Shown: positions 1 through 11,868, numbered from the stretch's first letter. The stretch: 64,000 bases of DNA from Eledone cirrhosa (GCA_964016885.1 OZ024741.1:23808001-23872000); one strand, 5' to 3'. The notes: generated by a model from the letters alone, not told the origin. A program made the numbers and translations.

Positions 1-699
1 ATTTATCTAAAAACCTTCCATCATACTTTTATGTAAGAGACATTGTTATGTTCTGGATACCGGGTTAATAATAAAAAAAATAGTTATATTATTAAACTCC
101 TTCCAAATTCTTGATTATTTAAAAAATTATTGAAAATCATAGGCAGTGTCTTTCATTAGAAATATGGTAACAAAAGGGTTTGAAAAAATGCCACCCCCAC
201 CACAAATATCTCCCCTTCCAAATTATTCTGTGCCTAACAGTAATTCAAATGTTTGTTAATACAACATTCACTATAACCTTGTCTTTCTTTCCCCCTTTCC
301 ATTGTCATCCAAGTAAACTAGATGGCATGGGTTTATTATTTTGACCTAATTCTCTCAAGTTCTGCTACTTTTATTCTGTTACCTGTAAGTACATCATACA
401 CACTACATACCTGTAATCTATACATATATGTATTTAGCACTGATTACTAAAATACTCTAACTTCAGGCTGTCCAAACACTTGTCAGTCACTTCTCAACAG
501 AGAGGGGGGGGGGGTGACCCCCTCTCTCCCTTAAATACTATAAAGACTGTGGAAACTTGTGATAGACTATGCTCGAAATAAAGTATGTTTTATTGATTTT
601 TTAAAAATATTATTTTTGAATATTTTTTTAAATATATGAACCCAACATCAGATGTTTAAACTAAAAATTTGGTGTATATACCTCTTTAAATGAAATTAT

Positions 700-791
700 G
701 GCAGCATACACACTCCTTTAATGACATTAAGGCAGCATACACACTCCTTTAATGACATTAAGGCAGCATACACACTCCTTTAATGACATTA
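700..791. repeat. 31-bp tandem repeat x3
   Basis: ggcagcatacacactcctttaatgacattaa starts at 700, 731 and 762. Confidence 0.9.
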
Positions 792-978
792 GCCCCAGTG
801 GTCAATAAAATATCATGATGTTCATCAAATTGGTTTAATTTTTTACAGTAAATTGTTTGCTATCTTATTTCTACTACTATTACTAACAACAACCATAGTT
901 CTTTACTAAGGGAGACTCTACATGGTATGCTGGTTTGCTAGAAATTCCAGCCAAATCTTTAAATCACACCATACTGTC

Positions 979-1570
979 TTAACCCTTTAGCATTTACATG
1001 CGATGCTGCATGGCAGTGAGACATGGGCAGCAACTGCAGAGGATATGCGACTGCTGGAGAGAAATGAGGCAAACATGCTCCGTTGGATGTGCAATGTCAG
1101 TGTACATGAACGACCGAGCATGGATGTGTTGAGAGGGATAAGTTGTAGTGTGCGGGAGAGACGACTGTGATGGTATGGACATGTGATGCGCATGGAGGAC
1201 GACCGCTGGGTAAAGAAGTGCCAAAAAATGCCAGTTGAAGGAAGACCACAAAAAACATGGGCGGAGGTGGTGAGAGCAGACCTCAGATCGCTGAAGTTCA
1301 TGGTGGAGATGACGAAGGACCATGACAAGTGGAGAGATGCTGTGCTGAATAGGACCCATCCCACCCTTGCAAGCAGAGAAAAGCGAACGTAAAAATAATG
1401 ATGATGATTCTATATATACTATTATATTTTCACGGTAAAGGCTTTACCTCACATATCGAATCTATGAGATTTTAATATTTATTTTGAGAACACTACCTTA
1501 ACATCAGTATAAATGACCAGTTTGAACAGAAAGAAGTGAGAGAATTCTGGCTGGATACGGTCAGTTGAAA
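979..1570. mobile_element. piggyBac-like MITE interrupted by an RTE LINE insertion
   Basis: Starts TTAA-CCCTTTAGCATTT; body resumes after 1408 and matches the intact copies at 3784-4009, 51425-51598 and 52752-52950. Confidence 0.65.
998..1408 (+). mobile_element. RTE-clade LINE 3' fragment
   Basis: Translates AMLHGSETWA..LERNEA.MLRWM..WYGHVMRM..GRPQKTW; (ATG)n tail. Confidence 0.85.
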
Positions 1571-2623
1571 TAAAATGAAATGTCAGTGTATGTAGGACTA
1601 CATTATTTAATGTATAAATAAAAAGGTAGGTTGGTTATGGCTGGAATGTCTTCAATAAATAGGTTTTCTGGATCAATACTAACCTGGAGCTAAACAGCAG
1701 TAACAATCAAAACCACTACTACTACTACTACATTATCTCTTCCTTACTTTGTTTTTATCACACACACACATAGATGGTAGACTGTTGTCCAGTTTAATAC
1801 CACCAACTGGTCCTTGAATGCAGAGTTCACTCTGTTGCAAACATTTGGAGTAAGGTCTTTCTCTCTTCTGATCGATTGAAAGCGAATGAGGTTTGGGATC
1901 TTATCAGAGTGGGGTGGACGTCGTCAAATTGGACCAAGGAAACTTTTGTTTCCATTGCTGATACTATCTATCGGTTGCAACTCCTTGGCAGAAGGAGCAA
2001 CATGAAATAAAGTGTCTTACTCAAGAACACAACACATCACCACATCCAAGAATCCAACTTTCTAACCACTAAGCCACATGCCTAGTTTGATATCTTCTTC
2101 CATCCTTTCCACCAGTCTGGAAACATTCATGGACATTGCTCTTTCTTTCCTGACTAAATAGTAAAAACAAAATGTAACCACCCAACAGTTTCTTCTTATC
2201 ATGTTATTCCTTCAAGGCTATGTTAAGATTAACTTATGTTTCTCACCTTATATGCTACCACTTCAATCAGATATTAATGACATTAGTGTTTGTCTATAAA
2301 TACAAATTGCCCCTGTTGTCATCATTTTATGTCTGTTTTTCATGCCAACATGGATTAGACAGGTTGTCATAGTCTGCAACTAGATGGATACAAGAACCAC
2401 CCACATCTTGTTTATATATTTTGGCATGGGTTCTATGGTTGGATACCTTTCCTAGTACCAACCACTTTTCAGAGTGTACTTCGTGTATTTTATCATGGTG
2501 TCAACACTAGTGAGTATACCTTGAATCATGCAACACAAAGTATTTACTACCTGACATCGGCTCAACTCATTCAAGGCACATGATTAGTGATTTACAATTA
2601 AAAACTACAACACAGAAACACAT

Positions 2624-2642
2624 TTTATTGACAGACTTTATT
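2624..2642 (-). terminator. Two AATAAA polyadenylation signals of the mS38 gene
   Basis: tttatt at 2624-2629 and 2637-2642, about 30-45 nt past the stop codon. Confidence 0.6.
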
Positions 2643-2670
2643 AAACATATGAGCAAACTAATTCCAGGAA

Positions 2671-3293
2671 TTAACTTCCCCGACCAAAAATGTCTATTTT
2701 ATATCCTCCCTTTCGAGCAAGGGCTAATTTATCCTGCACAAATTCTTCAGCATCAAAGTCAATTCCTGCTTGTATCTTGGTTTGGAGTTTGGCTTGGAAA
2801 ATCTTTTCTTTTCTCTTCCGACGCTTATGCAACTCTTTACGTCGTACAAATCGCATTCGTTTCCGTAGCTTTTTCAGTCGATGTCTATTCATTTTTCTAC
2901 GCCTGATTTTCAAAATGTTTTTGGCTTCAATTGCCAAAGGTGATTCAATAATCCACTCATTAAGAAAAGATAAAGGGTCTTCTTTGCTGATGATAGCTGG
3001 AGAGTGAAATGGAAGTTGGAACACTCCTTTGTTGGATTTTACAGGACAGTCATATAAAGGTAATGGTGAAATAAGTGGATCAATTGCTGGAGCAGTGGGC
3101 AAGACAAGCAGGTTCTGTTTAGTAGAATTTAAAGAAATACCTGAGAGAGGTAGTGGTGACACGATTGTATATCTATTTAATAAGTTGTCTGTTGTGTGCT
3201 TTGGCATGCTGCTATATGTATGATTGGTGTGTGATACATCATACAACTTCATATGACCAGGTAAACACTTCTTCCATTGATTTTTACTAATAC
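2671..3293 (-). CDS. AURKAIP1: Mitochondrial ribosomal protein mS38 / Aurora kinase A-interacting protein 1, last coding exon
   Basis: IEAKNILKIRRRKMNRHRLKKLRKRMRF matches the mS38/COX24 (DUF1713) basic motif; acceptor ttattttatAG at 3294-3295; TAA at 2671. Confidence 0.9.
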
Positions 3294-3783
3294 CTATAAA
3301 ATAAATATATAAAATAAACTGATTGTTTTGAAAGGTAAAAAACAAAATATTTCTAATAAAAACATGAAAGATAAGTATTTATTAATTTATTTCAAATAAA
3401 ATTTACTTAACCCTTTTGTTACTTAACATATTTCTAATGAAAAATACTGTCTATATTTTCAAATAATTTGGCAAATAAGAATTTGGAGGAGTTTAGTAAT
3501 CATTGTTTAATGTCCATTTTCCATGCTAGCATGGGTAGGACGTGCTGTCCCGTTGTGAGACATCCAGGTTGGAGGGCAATGTTTTGCTCACACAGAACTG
3601 ATTTTGGCTTGGTTTCTACGTCTGGATGCCCTTCCTAATGGCAACCATATTTACAGTGTGTATATAACTAATATACTCATTATTACGCTGATGTTTCGAG
3701 AATAATTTAAAGGTTGTTACATGAAATTCTGATTGATGGTTTTTAGATAGACACTACGATAGAAACGGTTGTATGAAAAGGGT

Positions 3784-4009
3784 TTACCTCTTTAGCATTT
3801 ACATTACACTATATTTACTAGTATATTTTCATGGTAAAGGCTTTACCTCTCATTATTATCTCACATAATATTGAATCTATGAGATTTTGATATTTATTTT
3901 GAGAACAATACCTTAATGTAAGTATGAGTGGTCGGTTACAGTCAGTTTGAACAGAAAGAGGTGAGAGAATTCTGGCTGGACACGGCCAGTTTAAATGCTA
4001 AAGGGTTAA
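3784..4009. mobile_element. piggyBac-like MITE
   Basis: Ends AAATGCTAAAGGG-TTAA; same family as 51425-51598. Confidence 0.7.
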
Positions 4010-4056
4010 TAGAAAATAATTTCAATTTCAAGTAAGAATCCAATTATAAAACCTAC

Positions 4057-4111
4057 CTGAAACCATAAGGTTTCTAAAGGCATGACATATTCTTGATAAA
4101 GCAGGTGTCAT
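4057..4111 (-). CDS. AURKAIP1: mS38/AURKAIP1 first coding exon (whole exon 4140-4057), probable mitochondrial presequence MTPALSRICHAFRNLMVS
   Basis: Acceptor ttctctttttAG (4141-4142) and donor CAG/GTAGGT (4055-4056); phase 1 joins in frame to the 3293 exon, giving 225 aa. Confidence 0.8.
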
Positions 4112-4434
4112 ATTTGAAACTCTGCTGCTAGCTTCTGAATCTAAAAAGAGAAGAAACATATAAATATACACAAAATATGAATGGTTGTTAACACAAGTTA
4201 TCTTCGTTTAAAATTAATTGCTCAAACAATTTCTATGCAAATATCCACAACTTACAGAACCATTGAAACTTTTGTGTGAATACAAATACATATAACTGTT
4301 ATAAAAATGAATATGATATAAGGAAGAATAGATTCTGAAAAACTTAACATTTCAAAGTATTTAATCATAAACCCTAGAAATAATACAAAGAAATTCTAAA
4401 GCCTTCCAAATAACCCTCCAACTTAAAACAGAAT

Positions 4435-4800
4435 CTTCTTCATCCACTTCTTTCTGAGAATATTGTGGGAGCAGAGTCCTCAAACACTCCTTCCAGCAGG
4501 TCCTGTCAGAAACAACCGTGTCCAACTGATCCGGCTGGATCCCCAACTGAGACCAGCCAAGCTCATAGATGTTATCCAACCATCTTGCTTGGGGTTTACC
4601 CCTGGGTCTCTTGCCAGTTGGTTTTGCCCGTAAAATCTCTCCACCGATTCTTTCCTCAGACATTCTAACTACATGCCCATAGTTTCAGAGAAGTAGCAGC
4701 TCTACCTGGAGTGAAACTTTGACCTTCGAGCTACACACTCTATCGACTAAAGTTACTCTTCGGAGGAACTCCATTTCAGCCACTTGTATTCGCAAGGTTT
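4435..4800 (-). mobile_element. RTE LINE 3' fragment (second family)
   Basis: RIQVAEMEFLRRV..GKRPRGKPQARWLD; homologous to 16165-16830 and 40030-40310. Confidence 0.8.
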
Positions 4801-4879
4801 TTTTAAATATCAGAAGTCCTTCCCAATAAGGCAGCAAGTAACCAGCAATACAGCAGGCTCCAAGCAAACATGTAGTTTG

Positions 4880-7678
4880 TTGAGAATTAGGAGAAAAAAA
4901 AGGAATGAGACACTGTTGTTGAAATCAGAAAATGATCAGCTGAAGATTTAAAAGAATTAAGATTACAGCCATCAGGGTTTAGCAGTTATGGGTTATTGAG
5001 TAGTCGCCACATTAGCAGGGTGGTAGAATCAGTGGTCGTTAGTTGCCAGTGTGGTAAGTGATAGTATCCTCGTTGGATTATCTTGTTGACATAGACGTGA
5101 GGGAAGGTCCCTCGATCTATTTACCATCTATTTACAATATTCCTTTCGTCAGGTCGCCAATTCCAGCAGCATGGATTAAAGATGCCATTGAGACACGAGT
5201 AACATAACGATCTCAACAGCAGTAATTAGAGATGAAATGTTTGTTTATTTATATGGTTGAAGTTACAGATAAAAAGAGGTTACAAAAGGGAATGTGCCAT
5301 TGCGCCGTTAAGCCGGCGAGGCTAGGGGTGCAATATCTCACTGTTACATTATGCGTGTTGCTGGCTCGAAGTTTCTGGTACAAGAGAGAGATTCTTCAAA
5401 TCTTCACGGGGAATTTCTTCCTCAGGGCGCGTATGGATACATCCTCTTCTACTGGCGCTGATTGGCTGAACTGAGCCAAATCACGCACAGAGAATGTATG
5501 TGAGCCCGCGGAATGTAGGTCACTACATCACCTCCAACCAGATTTTCAGCCGAAAATCGATAACGAAGAAACCAAGGACCCACATATTATTAAATCAGCA
5601 AGAACAAATGCTGAAAGAGCACATCAGTGAAAAAATAATTGAGCAGAAGGTTGCATGCAAGAACAAAAAATGAGGCGCTACGGGCCGTGTTGGGCCGCTG
5701 TGTCAAATGACCAGTTGTTTTGTTGTTTATACGTGACCGCCAAAGGTCTAACAAAAAACGGATAAAGTCTGACATGGGCGAGGTTGCTGTTCTTGCATTA
5801 AATGTTAATGGTAAGCGTTGTACCAGTAGCTGTGAACGAAGCTATTATGGTAGTTTACCAGTGCTGGCGAGAAAATGATGGCCCCCAGATGTATTGTCGA
5901 ATGTGCTGTGGAGCCAGGAAAAAATGGCTGGTTGCTTTGTAAAGAACAAAAGGCAAGTTTAATCTGTAGGTGGGTTGCAGTGTAAATTCCATAATTCGGG
6001 CGAATCCACAGAAGTGGCTGAAATATTGACAAGTCCAGTTCAATTTGTTGCTTTCCCAGCGAGTCGGGCAAAAACAACAAGACGGATGGCCGTCATGGAC
6101 GATCAGTGTGCAACGAGATGCGAAGCTGTTTGAGTTCAGCTGCAATTAGTATTCTCGTGTTGCGGTGACTGTTTGAATCCAGTGGATTAAGCTCTGTGAG
6201 CTGCCAGCATCTCAACCAGGTGAAAAGGGACTCGCAGAATATTACGTTTGAAGAACATATACCAAGAACAACATGTTGGTGTGTGATAAAAAAAATGTGT
6301 GCATATGCAGGCATGTAAAACAGCAAAGAATGTGAATAAACAAAAACCATGAGCAAGCAAATAGCAAAAGAGCACAAAACAAGTAAATGCATTCTACAAA
6401 GAAATATGTGAATGTAACAAACTGATAATTCAAAGTCAATCTAGGGGAGCAGAGAAATTGCTCAATAAGTTAAAAGTTTTTCAAAGTCAAATAGTTCACA
6501 CATCACTAGTGTACAGACACTAGTTCTATCTGAAAACTGAAAAAGAAGTTTGTTAATGCCGTTAGGGGTTAGATGTATGGTGTTTTTGTGAGATTTCGTG
6601 GCCATCTTACCGTCCCGCCACACGGTAGTGTTGCTTATTGTTAAAGTAATGTCAAAGAATCTTCTGTAGAGTAGGAGTCACCAAATATGGCAGTCACGTC
6701 TGACGCCATAATGGTGAGAAAACTACTGTCTCAATTTCTCGCGTCCCTGCGGTAACAAGACAGAAGGTATGGTGGTTGCGTCGGTAAAGTTACAAGCCGT
6801 TTTGAAATTTCCAATGTGTGGTGGTTGGCGTTGGTAAGGTTATGAAGCTGCCACTCACTGTTCCCTGTATTGGTCAGTGGTTAAACAACGCTGTCGCTGC
6901 TGCTGTCATTGTTGTTGTCAAGCGTAGCCATGACATGTCGGTAGCCATCTTGAAATTTTTTCGTGGCGAAAAAGTTTTTGAAATACTGCTAATTTTTCAA
7001 AAATCTTAAAAGGAATATTCTGGATTTTCGCAAGTTGCGACGTGGTAACAAAAGTTAAACTGAATGAATAAGAAGGGCTGCGTGATATTCTTACGTCGGT
7101 CACCACTTTAGCAGTATTAGTTGTAGATGTATCCCTACGCGCCCTGAGGAAGAAATTCCCCGCGAAGATTTGAAGAATCTCTCTCTTGTACCAGAAACTT
7201 CGAGCCAGCAACACGCATAATGTAGCAGTGAGATATTGCACCCTTTTTTTTGCCTCTGTGTTTCTGCTTTTTCTTTGCCTTGTTTTTTTTATGCATGCAT
7301 GTCGTTTTTTTTTTAACATTTTTCAAATCCTTATTCTGGATTCAATTTTTGCTAGAGCGGATAGCTCCCCCTTGTTGCATTGTTCGCCATCTTACTCCAC
7401 ATGTGAGTAATGACATCGATTTTCAATAATTTGAAAATCTGGCTCGAGGTACTGTAGTAAGACGCCTCACGCTCCTTGATAGAACAACGCCGGTTGAGAA
7501 CGCCAGAAAGAAAAGACAGACAGCCACTGGAAAGCCGACTGATCATACGCCAGATACCAGCCCCTGTACAACACCATTGTTTGTGCTACATCAAAAAATA
7601 AACGTATATTTCATCTCTAATTTCTGCTGTTATTATGTCACTCGTATCTCGATAACATCTACAACTAATACTGCTAAA
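4880..7678 (-). mobile_element. Degenerate non-autonomous Gypsy-like LTR retroelement with tRNA-Trp-type PBS
   Basis: PBS-like TGGTGACCGACGT (7105-7093); PPT-like TCTGGTTGGAGGTGA followed by TGTAGTG (5542-5521); two related LTR-like blocks at ~5160-5527 and 7107-7678; no intact ORF. Confidence 0.6.
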
Positions 7679-8171
7679 AGGGAAACAAGAAATAAAAGAG
7701 TTCCATGAGAACATACTCTCGAGGAGTGTGGATACAACCACAATAAAAACGATGAGAATTACTCTTGGGTCCCAAAAAATAAGGAGTGGTGGTGGAAAAT
7801 CGATAATTTTTCGAGGTTCCTCCGTTAGTCTTTTTAAAAAACAGAATTAGTTGTTTAGTTTACATATTGAGACCCCAACACATCCTATTTATTTTATAAC
7901 GTATGGGATTTCTAGTAATGTACTTTTTTGTGTCATGTGTTTTTAATGCATAAAGAAAATTGTCACAGAAATGTTACCACTTAAAATAAAATTTTGTAAA
8001 ATATATGAAGCAGAGGCAAGGAGGATTATTTGGGACCTGAAAGTAGCAAGAGCTGATAAAACTCTTATTTTAAAGATTAAAACTAATCTCTGCATTTCAG
8101 GGGCATTAACTCATGCATTCAATGTATGAATGTGCCATTATCAACTATAATAATTCATGTGTTTATATATA

Positions 8172-8450
8172 TCGTTTTTACGTTCGCTTTTCCACGCTTC
8201 CATGGCAACCCATGCAGGACCTTCTCAGCATGGCATCTCTCCACTTGTTGCGTTCCTTCGTCGTTTCCTCTTCCAGTCTTGGCGATTTGAGGTTAGCTCT
8301 CACAACCTCTGTACTGGTCTTTCTTAGTCGTCTTCTATTGCAGCTTCCTTCCACTGGCATTTCTTCACCCATTGTCATTATACACGCGCATCACAAGTCC
8401 ATACCAATGCAGTCTTCTTTCCTGCACACTATCTCGGATCCCCCTTAAAC
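8172..8450 (-). mobile_element. RTE LINE 3' fragment
   Basis: Same terminus (..KWRDAML..EKRT*) as 998-1408. Confidence 0.8.
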
Positions 8451-8495
8451 TCAGCATATATGTATATATATATAATTACATAATAAACAACACAA

Positions 8496-8581
8496 TATAA
8501 TTATATCATTACCAAAGGTTTCAAGAAACTAGACGATCCCTACAGAAACGTCCAACCCGTTCATCAGATGAAATAGTTATA
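8496..8581 (-). ncRNA. Type I hammerhead ribozyme motif (Penelope-like)
   Basis: Minus strand reads tataactatttcat CTGATGA [stem II hairpin] GAAA cc ttt gG TA atgatataattata; ~14-bp stem I with 2 mismatches; flanked by (TA)n. Confidence 0.65.
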
Positions 8582-8584
8582 ATG

Positions 8585-8631
<47 letters not shown>

Positions 8632-8707
8632 TAAAACCACATGCGCGCATTTATACGTACATCCATATACACTTACTTAGATATATAAGCGCATCAACCA
8701 CATATAT

Positions 8708-8751
<44 letters not shown>

Positions 8752-9129
8752 GCACACATCAGTGGCGAAGAGTAACCTGGAAAGCAGGGCATGCAGTCCA
8801 ATCGCCATGGCGGAAAGTGGGGCTGTGCAGCCTTACCCCTTCCACAATTTCCTTTAAATGATCCTCCCGGTCAAAGCCGCATGTAGTGTTATCTAGTGTG
8901 TGTGTGTTATCTTTTTATGTGTCTACGATTTAGTAAGCAGTCAAAATTCTGCTTGCCCCAAAGCTGTTGTGTGTTTGTGTGTGTGTTATCTTTTTTTGTG
9001 TCTATACGTTTTAGTAAGCAGCCAAAATTCTGCTTGCTTCAACTATAAAATGTACACATACATTCAATGTGATTCCCATCTAAGTCATGATAGAATAACA
9101 ACAAAAAAAAAAGCAAATGCAGAGTGGAG

Positions 9130-9490
9130 CTAGTGCTTATGCTGTGTCACCAGATCATCAAATAGCTTGTTTCCTGAGAATTTTTGCTGCTTAGGTTAAT
9201 TCAGTCCCACATCAGCTGTGCAATAACTCATTCTATAATTTTCATGACCTGATCCATCAATTTGATGTCTCTACGGTTTCCTCTGTCTGGGGCATCTCCT
9301 TTGCCTTAATAATAGTTGATAATGATGCTGCTACACCAATCATTGGAGTATGACACCATTCAAATTACTTGGTTTACAATACGGGTGGTTAAGGTAAGAC
9401 CTACATCCCAGGTGCTTTCAGCATCTCAGCAACTATCTCCAATGGTCCAGCTGCTTTGCTTGTCTTCATATCCTTAATTGCCTTATTTAC
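9130..9490 (-). mobile_element. Degenerate RTE reverse transcriptase fragment
   Basis: Remnants of DW..SII...KGKGDA...GN.R.IKLMDQVMKI. Confidence 0.6.
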
Positions 9491-9494
9491 TACA

Positions 9495-10290
9495 CTGCTG
9501 GTGCCATGATAAAATTCACCCAGCCTACACTATGAAGTAGTAGTGCTGGTGCCATGATAAAATTCACCCAGCCTACACTATGAAGTAGTAGTGCTGGTGC
9601 CATGATAAAATGCACCCAGCCTACACTGTGAAGTGGGAGTGCTGGTGCCATGATAAAATTCACCCAGCCTACACTATGAAGTAGTAGTGCTGGTGCCATG
9701 ATAAAATGCACCCAGCCTACACTGTGAAGTGGGAGTGCTGGTGCCATGATAAAATTCACCCAGCCTACACTATGAAGTAGTAGTGCTGGTGCCATGATAA
9801 AATGCACCCAGCCTACACTGTGAAGTGGGAGTGCTGGTGCCATGATAAAATTCACCCAGCCTACACTATGAAGTAGTAGTGCTGGTGCCATGATAAAATG
9901 CACCCAGCCTACACTGTGAAGTGGGAGTGCTGGTGCCATGATAAAATTCACCCAGCCTACACTATGAAGTAGTAGTGCTGGTGCCATGATAAAATGCACC
10001 CAGCCTACACTGTGAAGTGGGAGTGCTGGTGCCATGATAAAATTCACCCAGCCTAAACTATGAAGTAGTAGTGCTGGTGGCATGATAAAATGTACCCAGC
10101 CTACACTGCATAGTGGTAGTGCTGGTGACATGATAAAATGTACCCAGCCTACACTGCATAGTGGTAGTGCTGGTGACATGATAAAATGTACCCAGCCTAC
10201 ACTGTAAAGTGGTAGTGTTGGTGACATGATAAAATGTATCCAGTCTAGACTGTATAGTGGTAGTGCTGGTGATACGAAACAAGCACCCAT
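9495..10290 (+). repeat. 45-bp minisatellite (~17 units) derived from a SINE internal segment
   Basis: Unit gtgctggtgccatgataaaat(t/g)cacccagcctacact(a/g)tgaagt(a/g)g(t/g)a; runs into a SINE/LINE-type tail at ~10290-10328. Confidence 0.95.
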
Positions 10291-11426
10291 GGAAAATAAA
10301 CGTAAAACAGTGATGATGATGATGATGAGGTGCCCTATATTGTGGTGTAATGAAACAGACTATTTTACAAATTTAACTAAAGCTTTAGCATTTGTTTTTA
10401 TATTTTATATAGCCCTGGGTTCTCATTCTACCTTCTTGTTATGGCTGTGTTCATGTTCAACAGTGTGTTCATGTTAAGCAGTGTCAAATGGAATTCTTAG
10501 CTGTCTTAATCATGTGGTTAAGCGGTCTGAGATCTTTGTCACATAAGAATTCATCTACCTCTGGGAACTACATTTCTGTGTCTGTTGGGCTTTACATGTG
10601 GAACGAATATAATGCATATAGCTGGCATGTCGATGTCTTATATAGAGAGATTATTACCAGCCCAGTTTTATTTTAGGATCTCTTTCTGAATGTTTTTCCA
10701 GTTATCTTTGTGAAAGTTCAAAATGGATAGAATCCAGGTGCTTCCTGTAGGTGTTATATTTAGTTTTTCTTGGATCATGGTCCATGGTCCTAGTAAATCG
10801 TTGCTGTCAGCTTTACATTGTGAAACAGCTCCACATTACTTATGAAGCAGAGATCTAGAGTATTTTCACTTTGTTCGCTGTAGTATTACTTGTTCCATCA
10901 ACATGATTGTAAGGTCAAGTAGTAATTCTGATTGTCTTTGTTCATGCAATGACATTCCTGGGAGAAAGTGGCCTTTAATGCCATTTGACATTGAGGAGGT
11001 TGAAGTCTCGCTGAAGTACACTTAGGTTTTCTTTTAGTTTCATTGGCACTAGTATCTTTTTAAGGCTACCTTCAAATACATTCTCGTTATTTAAAAGGCC
11101 TCGTGTACGATGTGTGATATAATCACTATGATAGTCACAAATTGAGTTGGTGTAACAGCAGAATTAGGTGAGGACATACGAAAAAGAACTTTGTAAAAAT
11201 TCTAAACAAAATGTATAAAAATATATAAAATTAGCGATTAAATGTTGAAAATATTTTATTAAAAAATGGAGTATCATTGACAATAGATCTATCTCTTTTG
11301 AAGAAATTAAAAATACCTCGTCCGGATTCATTTCATGTGCCCCACCATCACTCTCTCTATCACTCACATAATGCATACATACACGAATCAGTGAACCCAA
11401 ACTTTAAATCTAACTGTAACTCTAAC

Positions 11427-11456
<30 letters not shown>

Positions 11457-11459
<3 letters not shown>

Positions 11460-11646
11460 GGAACCAGTAAGACCCCGACGGCTGAGCTCAAGCCGTTTCG
11501 ACGGCTAATTCTGGAATTAGCCGTCGAAACGGCTCGAGCTCAGTCGTCGGGGTCTTACTGGTTCCTATTACCCACTCTACTACCCTAAGTATTGAGTACT
11601 TTGGTGCGTTATGGTCCACCTGGTTCCTTACCACATTTCCTTCGTT
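11457..11646 (+). mobile_element. (TA)n-flanked fold-back element: 55-bp arms plus unique tail
   Basis: Near-perfect palindrome 11457-11568 (2 mismatches), then a tail with the bulged hairpin 11574-11597. Confidence 0.8.
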
Positions 11647-11868
11647 ATATATATATATATATGCAACGAATGTGATATTTACGTTTTCTTCGATCGAGAT
11701 CTAGTTAATGACACCCTAAAAATGTATTAAAGTTACAAAAATACAACAGTTAGTTATAAATCAGTTTGTTAGGGGAGTGGGGAAAGAGTGTATATGGATA
11801 TATTTTGTCTCGGTAGCACTGACCATATTACCAGCAGTCGTTATATGTAAACAACGTGCTTGACTTAC

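Noticed and set aside
3294-3345. N-terminal 17 aa of the 224-aa ORF (MFFTFQNNQFILYIYFI)
   Set aside because: Read-through into the intron pyrimidine tract; a proper acceptor and an in-frame upstream exon exist
5590-6440. Cluster of short ORFs as an endogenous viral or host gene
   Set aside because: No recognisable domain in any frame; lies between PBS and PPT of the LTR element
9490-10290. 266-aa repetitive ORF or CRISPR-like array
   Set aside because: Pure 45-bp tandem repeat with no unique spacers and no cas genes; eukaryotic context
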